Origin: Antedon mediterranea
Lineage: Eukaryota; Animalia; Echinodermata
DNA length: 64,000 nt
Direction: 5' to 3'
NCBI RefSeq assembly: GCF_964355755.1
Contig: NC_092675.1
Span: 2,351,812 to 2,415,811, forward strand
Shown: positions 1-12,300 of the stretch, in pieces
Numbering within the stretch: the first letter of the stretch is position 1
Layout of the letters: the number at the start of each line of letters is the position of its first letter
Program-made: the position numbers and the translations under genes
The notes under the pieces: model-generated
Told to the model about the DNA's origin: nothing
The model's database searches: none
The model's input: the letters and a program-made list of their open reading frames with translations, nothing else

Positions 1-377
1 TATTACAATTAGGCCTACATCCTAAAGTAGTTAATCCATGTACAATGTAGCACACCTATGCATATGTATAATTCGAGACGCATAATAATTAGGGTATTCA
101 TAAACTAATGCAAGGAGATTTCCATGAACAAGGACGTGCCTATAATTCTTTTTCAAAATACAAAAACAGCAAATTTCCTCAAGCAAAAAAAAAAAATCAA
201 GGAAAATCTCAAGCTCTAGGAAACAAGAGGCATGCACAGTTTACACAGCAAAACGCCAAAAACATAATTTTATATCACTTTAAATGTTTCTAGTAGTAGG
301 CTGACCGTAGGTCCAGGCCTACTGAGTTTTTAATTTTTTATATGATCACATTAGCCTATCTACAATGTATTCTTTAG

Positions 378-3300
378 GTCGGCATTTTCCAAAGAGAAGC
401 CAGCATCAACTTCTCATTGAAACTAAATTTGATGGTGAAAATCTTGGTACAGACCCCGTCCAACATTCCACATCTCCAGTGTTTAACACCGAGCTGGCAT
501 GGGAGCTCAACAAGAAAGCGCTCCACCAGCACAGACTTCAAAGAACACCACTGAAACTGCAATGTTACGCTGTTAATGTCGCCATGAAAACAAGAGAGAT
601 GATTGGCTATATCATGTTGGATTTGAGGATGGCTAGTCAACCTGTGGACTCTCCTGCTAAATGTCCAGTGGTATGTTGACGGTTGTGGTGATTTCTCTTT
701 TAGTTGCTGCACAAATATAACATATTTGAATTGTATCTCTATCAGAAAGAAATAATTAAATTAAATTGTCATAAAATTTCTATTTTATAGACTTGTGTTT
801 TTAGCACATTATAATTATTTTAATTTAATTGTTATTGTTACATGTTTATGTCTCGTCATGTTGTATTTTTGTGAAGGTATATATGATTAGCTTTGGCTGG
901 ATGGACCACCCTTTTGTTGAAATAAAAAAAAACCATATATATTTAAACAAAATTTATCTGTCTCAAATTTAAAGTAATCATAGCCTAATGGGATGACAAT
1001 TTTTAATAACTGAATTTTATAGCCAAATTATTACCTGTGTTGTTTGGTGGTCCAGTCTTACAGTCTTAATAAGTGACCATTAACAATAATTGTACTTGTT
1101 TGTTTTTGATATTCTAGCCTAGCAAATGGTATCCTCTTCTGAGTTGCAAGTATCAACAGATGAAGCCTGCGATTAAAGTAGCTATATCATTAGAAGTGGA
1201 CAATAAGCACACAGACAGTAGTTCAAAAGTAGTTCCTCAGAAAGTAGAAGGTATGGCCATCTTTTAACAATGTTTTACTGTATGTATTCTGCCTTTTCTG
1301 TCTTATGTATAAGTATAAATATGTCATTGTTTTTTAAAATATATTATTCTATATATTCATGTATATGATCTATATTTAGAAAAATCACATTTTGAATCGC
1401 AGTCAAAGCTAGCCAGCCTAAATGAAACAGAGGGAATCTTCCAAATAGGTCCTGTTGAATCCTGTCAAGAGCTCTTCCATTTGTCTGTAACAGTTGCATT
1501 TGCTACCAATTTAGCTCAGGTAAGTTTGTTGGTCTATATCGTGCCTACTTACCAGGATAAACCAACATAAACCTTTTCCCTTCCGAAGAGAGAACATAAC
1601 TCGAAAAGAATTGATAACACTGTAATGCCCCTCCAAGGCAGTGTTATAGTCCGGAGCCCATGCATGCCTCACCATTTCTTTTCAAGACATTGGAACGTTA
1701 ACACGTTCTGATGCGAGAGAATATATTGTTTACTGCTATTGATTAACTGAGCTATTGGTATACGAATGCCATTTGATCACGATAAATGCTTAAATGTACA
1801 TAATATGGTCATTTTGTAAGGGTGTGTGGCGCAGTGTGTTGGACATTGGACTACAGATCGTGAGATTATGGTTCAAATCCATTGCTTGTATCCTTAGGCA
1901 AGATACTTTACTTATGTTTGCCTCTCTCCACCCAAGTGTATAAATAGGTACCCAGTTTGACACAACTTTGCGATGATTACTAGCTGCATTATGGGAGTAT
2001 GTTTCCATACATGTTTGATGCAAAAAAAATGACTGCGGTAATAATGTTCAGCGCTTAGAGGTTTCACAACATTAGGCACTATATTATTGTTAAGTTCACA
2101 AGTACATTTTGGATATCATTTGTGTTTCAGTTAATTCCTACTAGTAAAGAATTCAGTAGTAGAGATGGTAACATTTTCTTCTTTTACTATTCACTGCTTG
2201 GACATGATGTAACAAATGAGCCATTTAAGGATTTGTTGTCACCAAATTTTGCTTCTGAAAGAGCGTCTGTCAAAATCAGGAGCAGTTTGGAGGCATTGAA
2301 TATTTATTTTCAAGAAAACCCAAAGTTACAGGTATATACAATTTATATTTAAATCATATTAAACCCTGAAAAAATTGCGTATTTATTTATTTATTTATTT
2401 ATTCTGGTATAAAACTTACAACAAGTAGCCGCAAGGCTAAAAACGTTGCAATTACAAAATTACTATACAATACTTACATAACAATAAAAAGGATGTAAAA
2501 AATGAAATAACAACAATATCACTCTGACTCTTTGGCTCATGAACTATTGTTTAGCAAATTGATTATTGTAGGGATTGGTGAATTTTTAAATCTTTCGGTT
2601 CTCGGTTTGTATTGTTGATATTTGACCTTGCCGTTGCTTCGGAGAACACGAGGGATACTACGGATAGGGGGGAGCAAATAACTGAACTTGTCCGAATTCG
2701 ACATCTTCTTGCCAAAAGTCAGTACAAGATTATCACGCCTGACTTTTAGCAAAGGTAAATTTAAAAATTCTAAAGCTAATTCATATGAAATGTAATTAAG
2801 GCCAAGAATAATTTTTAGGGCCCTTTTTTTAACCCTTTCGATAAGTTTGGTATGAAATTGTGTAATGGTACCATGCCATACAGGGCAGGCGTACTCCAAT
2901 ATAGGCCGAATGTAACTCAAATAAATACATTTCATATCGTCAACTGGGGCATTAGCCCTACGTAAAATACAGAGTGTAAATAACCTACGGGAAGCCTTTG
3001 TAATTATTTCATTAACATGTAAATTCCACCTCAAGTCGTCTTGGATCAAAACTCCTAATAGCTTAATATGCTTCACAACCTGGAGTTCAGTGGCACTAAG
3101 AGAGAAGCTAGGAGGCGGTAACTCCCTTAACAAAAAATTAATCCTCATTATACTACATTTCTTGGGATTGGGGATCATATTGTTAACTTGGCACCAATTA
3201 GTCACATCGTCTAGGCTTGATTGCATAGATTGCTGTTTCCTATATTTAACGGATTCTCCAAGTGTAAGGTCATCTACATATTTCCATCCCCTGCAGCTTC

Positions 3301-6300
3301 CCGTGGAGATATCATTGATCATTGATCATTGATTTAACACTAGTTACAGAAAAATAAGGAAAACTACTGTGATATTTGGAAGCATTGTAAACTAGACCAA
3401 AAGCATGGTCAACTGTTCATGTAATTAATTTTTTCTATTTCTACTGACAGTCCACTGTGTACCTAGTTTTGTAACAGAATTAAGAAAGATAGTCAACCTT
3501 GCCGATAGAAAACAAAGCAGTAAACTCATGGTTGACCATTCAGATAAAAAACAGTTATTTTCACACATGGTTGACCATGCTGATAGCCACTACACAAAAT
3601 ATTGGATATCGTCACAGTCAACCATGCCTATAGAAAACACAAATTTATACGCACAGTTGAGCATGCCTATAGAAAACACTAATTTATACTGACAGTCGAC
3701 CATGCCTATATAAAACTAGGTTAAACACATGGTTGACTGTGCCTATAGAAAACATTAATTTATACTCACAGTTAACCATGCCTATATAAAACTAAATTAA
3801 ACACACAGTTGACTGTGCCTATAGAAAACACTAATTTATACTGACAGTCGACCATGCCTATATAAAACTAGGTTAAACACATGGTTGACTGTGCCTATAG
3901 AAAACATTAATTTATACTCACAGTCGACCATGTCTATATAAACTAAATTAAACACACAGTTGACTGTGCCTATAGAAAACACTAATTTATACTCAGTCAA
4001 CCATGCCTGTATAAAACTAAATTAAACACACAGTTGACTGTGCCTATAGAAAACACTAATTTATACTCACAGTCAACCATGCCTATATAAAACTAAATTA
4101 AACACACAGTTGACTGTGCCTATAGAAAACACTAATTTATACTCACAGTCAACCATGCCTATATAAAACTAAATTAAACACACAGTTGACTGTGCCTATA
4201 GAAAACACTAATTTATACTGACAGTCAACCATGCCTCTATAAAACTAAATTAAACACACAGTTGACTGTGCCTATAGAAAACACTAATTTATACTCACAA
4301 TCAACCATGCCTATATACAACTAAATTAAACACACAGTTGACTGTGCCTATAGAAAACACTAATTTATACTCACAATCAACCATGCCTATATACAACTAG
4401 ATTAAACACATGGTTGACTGTGCCAATAGCCTCATCCATGATCTTTACCTTTTCAAATTTGATGTATTTTTAGGTGCACCTCTGCCATGGCAATCAATCT
4501 CTAGGAAGCAGTGACATTCCATTAGCAGCCTTATTAAGTCCTCTCATTAACAGAGTACCCACTGTGGTTGAGGGCTCTTTTCAGCTTCACCCTCCAAAAT
4601 TGACATCAGTTTCAGCTGGCAAAGTGCCAACAGTTGGAGTATCTGTCATGATGAGAAGAGACGAAATCCCCATACAACCTGAAGAAGTGGTATGTATTTT
4701 GATATGATCTAATAAATTAACAAATGTTGGGAAAACAAATAAAATCCAACTGATTAAACACCCGTTTTTTTGCACAGAAGATGATGAAAATTTAAATGAT
4801 AATATGAACTTTATAAAAGAAAAGGAACAAGTTAGGGTACAGAATGTGGGCAGACTACAGCCAAAGACACGGAAGTGTGGAGGACAGAAATAGGTCCTTT
4901 TCTCCATGGGCAGAGAAGGAATTAAGACACCTGTCGCTCTTTGCATTTTGTCATGATATATTATTTACCTATTATTTTTATTAGTTAAACCCAGCAACAA
5001 CATCATCACCACACCAGACTCCAGTAAAAGATGAACAGGAGAAAGTTGTTCCTCAACCAGCTTCACCTGAAAGTGCTCAGATGAACACAGATATCAGCAG
5101 TATTATGGATGAAGAGAGTGAAACACACAAGAAACCAAAGAAAGAACAAACAAGTAAGTTTAATGGATGGCTCCAAGTTTAAAATGTCTATTTTTGTAAA
5201 TTGATAAAATTCCTATATTTTAACATTATGACAAAATCCTATAGCACCACTTTGTAAAAAATTGCTAATTTCATGGTTCTTGTTCTGCTCTACCGTTTTA
5301 GTTATAGAAATTTATACCCGGGCCGGAGCTACGCTTTGAATTACTTTTCAAAACATATGTATATTTCGATAATGTTCTTATGGTTTTGCTGATGTGGTAG
5401 ATATGCTCAATAAAACCCTCTACTGGCAAATCTTGTCCAGTAGTTGACAGATCCGCTGACAATGTTATTAGTGCGATTTCCAGGCAACTATATTCTATTC
5501 TACAAATGTTCTCAGCTGAGGTTACTTTGGTTAAATACTAATTTACAAGTTACTGTAAATTTCTATTATCTGCCTGACTTTTATTCTGATAGAATCGAAA
5601 GGTGATAGATATATAATTTGTAATATTTTTAAGCTTTTGTATGAAAAAGAAAAATATACTGTATGACTGAAACTAACTTGATTGTAGATCAGTTAAATAT
5701 ATTTGATTAAATTATGATGAACATTCACTGACTGCAAAGTTACTAACCGATGACCTATTTTACAATGAACCAGCACACCAATAATTGATATATATTATTC
5801 ATGAACTTGTAATGAATAGTTTATATTTAATGCTAGCCTGGACTATTAACTGCAAAAATAATAATAAACAACAATCAACACTGAACAATTGAAAAACGGT
5901 ATATCTTAGGCCAGCCTTTGGGTGTCTGGTTGATTACGGTATGAAATATCTCAATTTACATCTAAATTTAACAGGAAAAGAAAAGAAAAATCAAAAGAAA
6001 CCAAAGCATACATCCTCTCCGGCAAAGAAGAGTCCGAAAACAAACGTTGTTCCTGAGCTTAGTTCTACTAGTGATACATCTAAACAGAGCACTGTCCATG
6101 ACAACCATCACTACAGTTTCTCTATTGATCTGCGTAGCATCAAAGATGTGGACACTCCAAGTGTTGCCAACATTTATCTAAGGTTGTTAAAATGTAACTT
6201 CATAAATGCGTGTGTTTAGACTGTTTTTTGATGAATAATCAGTTTTTATATTTTTATATAACTTTTGGTTGGATATTTTAATCCCTATAATAAGACCAAT

Positions 6301-9300
6301 AAAAGGCTAATTTACAGTAAGCGTAATACCACATAATTTGTCCCACATGGAATCTGTTTTAGTGGGTTTCCGCTCAACCGCCAATCTGCTACGCGTTTTG
6401 TTTAAGTCATTAGAAAATACTTCTATATTTTTGTTTTCCACTTACCGTTACCACTTGTCTATAAATTGGCCTTAATAGTAACTATCTATATCCAGATGTG
6501 TGGTCCAAAAAAAGTAGAAAGGACAAGAAATCAGCAACTTTTACCTATTTTGTCAAATAAAATGCAGTAACCGTAAAGCTCTGTCTACACTATCAAACTA
6601 GTTTGACAAAAAAAGTGTGATATTTCAAAATATGGTGGTGATATGACATTATCATGTCCATATATGGGCACATCACATTTTTAAAGTTTTATAGTGTAGA
6701 TTAAGGCAATTATTCTTTTTTTTAAATAAATATGTAAAAATAGATGATATAGGCACATGTTTTGGTCACATAAAGTTTGATAGTATAAACAGAGCTTAAT
6801 GCAATTTTCTGCTTTGTATTCAGGTATAGTTATCTTTTCTTTGGAAGTTCATCACCGATTCAGACACACCCACCAGTTGAGGTCAAAAGACAAACAGAGG
6901 TGCTTTTACCACATTCATTCTGTGCTTTTGATTTTGCTACCACCCACCAAAAACTTACTCAAACATTCTTAAGGTAAGAATCTATGCCATAATTTTCACG
7001 TAGAGAATTGTTCACAGTTTACCATTCACTTGAGGTTTTTGTGTGCTGAAAATTAACTCTATTTTAATTAAAAGTTAAAGTCAAATAAACGACCTTTTTT
7101 CTTGGCAAGTCTAGGCCTAGACGCGGCGCCGAAGGCTAGCCCTATCCTACAGCAGTTTGAACATCTACAACAATACAGTACCTAGACCTACTGTACCTAC
7201 TGACACTGAATGATCCGTTTTTGATATTAACTTTTTTCAGAGTTCCATTGTTGATAGAAGTTTGGCACAGAGATAAAACTGCTAAGGATGTGTTACTTGG
7301 AATAGCCAAGATCAATCTCTCGCACATTTTGAATGCTGAAAAGGCACGAGTTGTTGTAAGTAATTGAACAATTGAATAACTAAAAAGCTTAGAAACTGAG
7401 CGAAAAAGGGCAATCTATTAAATTAAATTTTAATAAGCTCTTGTGACTCACTGTTTGTGGTCTGATACTGTAGTACTGTTTGCAAAAAAAAAATAACTTG
7501 AAAACAAACAAGATAAAGTTGCATACAAAAATACAAAGCTAATAAATACATAGCAAAGTGTTATATAAAATTAATTAATTTAATTATCAACAAAAAGTAT
7601 TTAATATGTAGGGGTTTTTCAAGTTATTAATGGTTTTATGCCTTGTGTATGCCTTTTAGTATACCCATTGGAGGATGTATTATTAAGTAAAGTTTTGACT
7701 ATAACTCTATTCTACAAAATGTTCTAGCTTCTTCTTTTCAAGATGGGCTTCTTTTCAAGATGGGCTTCTTATCAAGATGGGCTTCTTATCAAGATGGGCT
7801 TCTTTTCATGATGGGCTTCTTTTCAAGATGGGCTTCTTTTCAAGATGGGCTTCTTTTCAAGATGGGCTTCTTATCAAGATGGGCTTCTTTTCAAGATGGG
7901 CTTCTTTTCAAGATGGGCTTCTTTTCAAGATGGGCTTCTTTTCAAGATGGGCTTCTTATCAAGATGGGCTTCTTTTCAAGATGGGCTTCTTTTCATGATG
8001 GGCTTCTTTTCAAGATGGGCTTCTTTTCAAGATGGGCTTCTTTTCAAGATGGGCTTCTTATCAAGATGGGCTTCTTTTCAAGATGGGCTTCTTTTCATGA
8101 TGGGCTTCTTTTCAAGATGGGCTTCTTTTCAAGATGGGCTTCTTTTCAAGATGGGCTTCTTATCAAGATGGGCTTCTTTTCAAGATGGGCTTCTTTTCAT
8201 GATGGGCTTCTTTTCATGATGGGCTTCTTTTCAAGATGGGCTTCTTTTCAAGATGGGCTTCTTTTCATGATGGGCTTCTGTTCATGATGGGCTTCTTTTC
8301 AAGATGGGCTTCTTTTCAAGATGGGCTTCTTTTCATGATGGGCTTCTGTTCATGATGGGCTTCTGTTCAAGATGGGCTTCTTTTCAAGATGGGCTTCTTT
8401 TCAAGATGGGCTTCTTATCAAGATGGGCTTCTTTTCGAGATGGGCTTCTTTTCGAGATGGGCTTCTTTTCATGATGGGCTTCTTTTCAAGATGGGCTTCT
8501 TTTCATGATGGGCTTCTTTTCAAGATGGGCTTCTTTTCAAGATGGGCTTCTTTTCAAGATGGGCTTCTTTTCATGATGGGCTTCTTTTCAAGATGGGCTT
8601 CTTTTCATGATGGGCTTCTTTTCAAGATGGGCTTCTTTTCAAGAATGGCTTATTTTCGAGATGGGCTTCTTTTCAAGATGGGCTTCTTTTCAAGATGGGC
8701 TTCTTTTCAAGATGGGCTTCTTTTCAAGATGGGCTTTTTTTCAAGATGGGCTTCTGTTCATGATGGGCTTCTTTTCAAGATGGGCTTCTTTTCAAGATGG
8801 GCTTCTTTTCATGATGGGCTTCTTTTCAAGATGGGCTTCTTTTCAAGATGGGCTTCTTTTCAAGATGGGCTTCTTTTCAAGATGGGCTTCTGTTCATGAT
8901 GGGCTTCTGTTCATGATGGGCTTCTTTTCAAGATGGGCTTCTTTTCAAGATGGGCTTCTTTTCAAGATGGGCTTCTGTTCATGATGGGCTTCTTTTCAAG
9001 ATGGGCTTCTTTTCAAGATGGGCTTCTTTTCAAGATGGGCTTCTTTTCAAGATGGGCTTCTTTTCAAGATGGGCTTCTTTTCATGATGGTCTTCTTTTCA
9101 TGATTGGCTTATTTTCATGATTGGCTTATTTTCGAGATGGGCTTCTTTTCATGATGGGCTTCTTTTCAAGATGGGCTTATTTTCGAGATGGGCTTCTTTT
9201 CAAGATGGGCTTCTTTTCAAGATGGGCTTCTTTTCAAGATGGGCTTCTGTTCATGATGGGCTTATTTTCATGATGGGCTTCTTATCAAGATTGGCTTCTT

Positions 9301-12300
9301 TTCAAGATGGGCTTCTTTTCAAGATGGGCTTCTTTTCAAGATGGGCTTATTTTCGAGATAGGCTTCTTTTCATGATGGGCTTTTTTTCAAGATGGGCTTC
9401 TTTTCAAGATGGGCTTCTTTTCATGATGGGCTTATTTTCGAGATTACTTTAGCAAACCAAAGAGGGTTGATGTTTTACGGTAGTTTGGGAAAATACTTCT
9501 TTCATTATTGTTGTATAATATTTTCATATTTTAGAATTCTTCCTCTGGAGATTATGTTGGTTGGAGACAGATTTCAAGTTCAAATGTCATTGTTGAGTCA
9601 ATCAATCAGCAGCCAAAGGCAGTTGCCGAGTTGCTTGTTGTGTTGGGATTGGAGGATTATGGTCCAATAGGAACACATCAGATTGTTGTACCAGCATCTG
9701 AGTCACAGGTTAGTTGTGTATCATTCATAACACATGAATTTAATATAACATTCATTTTGTTCTCCACAAGTTAAGTGGCACCTTCCTCCTCCTTAGAGCT
9801 CTGTCTACACTATCAAACTTTATGTGACAACAACATGTGATGTGTCCATATATGGAAAAGATGATGTCATATCACTACCATGTTTGGGCATGTCACACTT
9901 TTTTTGTCACATTTGTTTGATAGTGCAGACAGTGCTTAATAGAAGGATATGCCTAGCAGATGTCTAAATATGCATTGGGTATAAAATTATCATAAAATGT
10001 TTGAGGACTTCTTACTCTCTTTTCCTATGCATGAACTGTCATCTATATATAATTTTAAATAATTCAATTCAATTTCTTTATTGCTGCAAATGCTATCAAG
10101 GGCTAATATCCGCTAAAACATACTACATCGTACAAACATATACATAGTTACATTTAAAGTTGTTGTTATCATTACTATAGTTATAATTAATACAGTGTAA
10201 TAAATTATAGGTCACAAATTAAATCTTTCAAAATTTACTCCAATTACTGTATGGCAGTAATAGAGTATGTATAAGATTACAGAACAATTAAGAATCTGTG
10301 TGATACAGTATTGAATATCGTGATTCCAACAATCGATTTTATTTTCAATTTATCGTGGTTTATGTATATTTGTTTAGGATATATCGAGTACTGAATCCAG
10401 CATACCCCCTCCAAAGAAACCTGATCCAAGAGAAACACAGGAATACAAAGCTGCAATGGAATTGGAAATGTGGAAAGAACAGCAAGCTGGTGAATTTGAA
10501 TGTCAGGTAAAGGTCCACCAAACACTATCAAACTTTATGTGAAAAAATGGTGTTCCCATATATGGACATGAAGATGTCATATCACTACCATATTTGGACA
10601 TATCACTACTATATTTGGGCACATCATACCTTTTTTGTCAAAGTAATTTGATAGTGTAGACAGAGCTTTAGAAATAGATACAAAGCTACTTGTAGAGCTG
10701 TAGCTTGTTGCTTGCCTTGCAATCTCAATGTGCAGGGTACAATCCTAACCTAGTGCGTTGTACTCCATCCCTAGCCTCATGGAATTATAAAAATGATAGT
10801 TTATCCATCCTGTTAATGGTGAGTTATTTGCTGTTGGATGTGCATAAATATTATTATACAAATAATGAATGTTTATGAGTGTAATGGTACAAATAATGGC
10901 ATGAGGTGAATGATGAAAGGTTATATATCATGCCATTCATTGTACCATTACACTCATAAACATTCATTATTTGTATACTATTGCACACCATGTGACCCAC
11001 AATCGTCCAATCAAATGACAGAAATGTATTGGTATATAATGACTGTTATTATATGCTATAAAGGTTTTTATCGGTCTTTTTGTGTATTATTTTCCACAAA
11101 GCTGAAAGAAAAGGAGCTTACATATATGCAGACACTAGCAGAGGAATGGAAAAAAAGGGACAAAGACAGGGAATCTATAGTTAAAAAGAAGGTAATAATC
11201 AAATATTTAACATCCAATAATATTAATAGTAATGAATGTTAAGTTGTATATGTAATAGTGTACAGTGGAGGGATTTTTTATGTGTTATAAAACAAATAAT
11301 GTTTCATTTGTTAAAAAATGACCGCTCTATTCTCACCATTCAACTCGTAAAAATTAATTATTTGTATAATATTCTCCAATTTTAGAGGTTAGCTTACAAA
11401 TGGTTGTCTTATTTCTACATAGATAGAAGAGTATGTCCAGTTAGAGAACCAGCTAAGACTAGCGTTGGCGGACATACAAAAGCGTGAGAACCAACTAGCA
11501 GCAAATGAAGGAGAGGTTGCCAGGTTGAAGGCTGACATGCAACGAGAGCAGCAACAGCAGTTAATGGAGTTAAAAGAAATGTCTAGGAGAATGAAAGAAG
11601 ATTGTGTTCATCAAATAGAAGTAGAAAAGTATGTTTTATTACATAACCACACTTATATATGTAGCAGGTCACTCACTTTCCTTGAATTCATGTTGTTGAC
11701 CATACTTAACTAATGTAGACTATAGACCTGGGCTGTAACCACTAAGGTGTCAACTCCTAATAATTAAAGACCCCTTCCCTGCAATTTTGGACGTTTTTTG
11801 GAAAATAATACATATATATCACTTTAAAAACATTAAACCATGTCATTCCTTCTCTTAAATGTACGTTTTATGGTAAATTATGATAAAAAGTGAGAAACAA
11901 TGCACTACCTAAGTAGCTCGCGGCGATCGACCTCTCGTGGACGGTCTTAGGCCTAGCCTAGCTAGGCTTAGTTTTGTAGGCCTAGCTGGTAAACATCGAT
12001 AACGTACGAACATCGTACGCTAGCTATATACCTAGCCTGACGTTGTATAGTTGCTGCATTAATTGTCTTTCTATTTTTGCCAGACTCCGTTGATACAAAT
12101 TGGGGAAAACCCGGTATTTTCGCTGAAAAGTTAGGAGTCTTCCATTTGTTTTGGCTTCACGATCGATCGAAAAGTGGGCGAATTACAGGTGAAAAACAAA
12201 AATATCAATCCGCGCGCAATGCATTTTGGGATTTATAGCGGGCCGCTATAATTATTAGAATCGATTTAGTTTTCACATTTTTAACCGTTTAAAGACGAAA

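Noticed and set aside
31-293. Short ORFs at the window start as CEP120 exon 1
   Set aside because: No match to the expected N-terminal peptide ending just before GRHFPK; exon 1 probably lies upstream of the window.
3615-4427. Possible CRISPR-like array
   Set aside because: The sequences between repeats are themselves repeated, there are no unique spacers or cas genes, and the context is a eukaryotic intron.
7760-9452. Long ORFs of repeated [17 protein letters not shown]
   Set aside because: Translations of a 17-bp minisatellite lying between two phase-compatible CEP120 exons; they appear in multiple frames, so they are not a protein gene.
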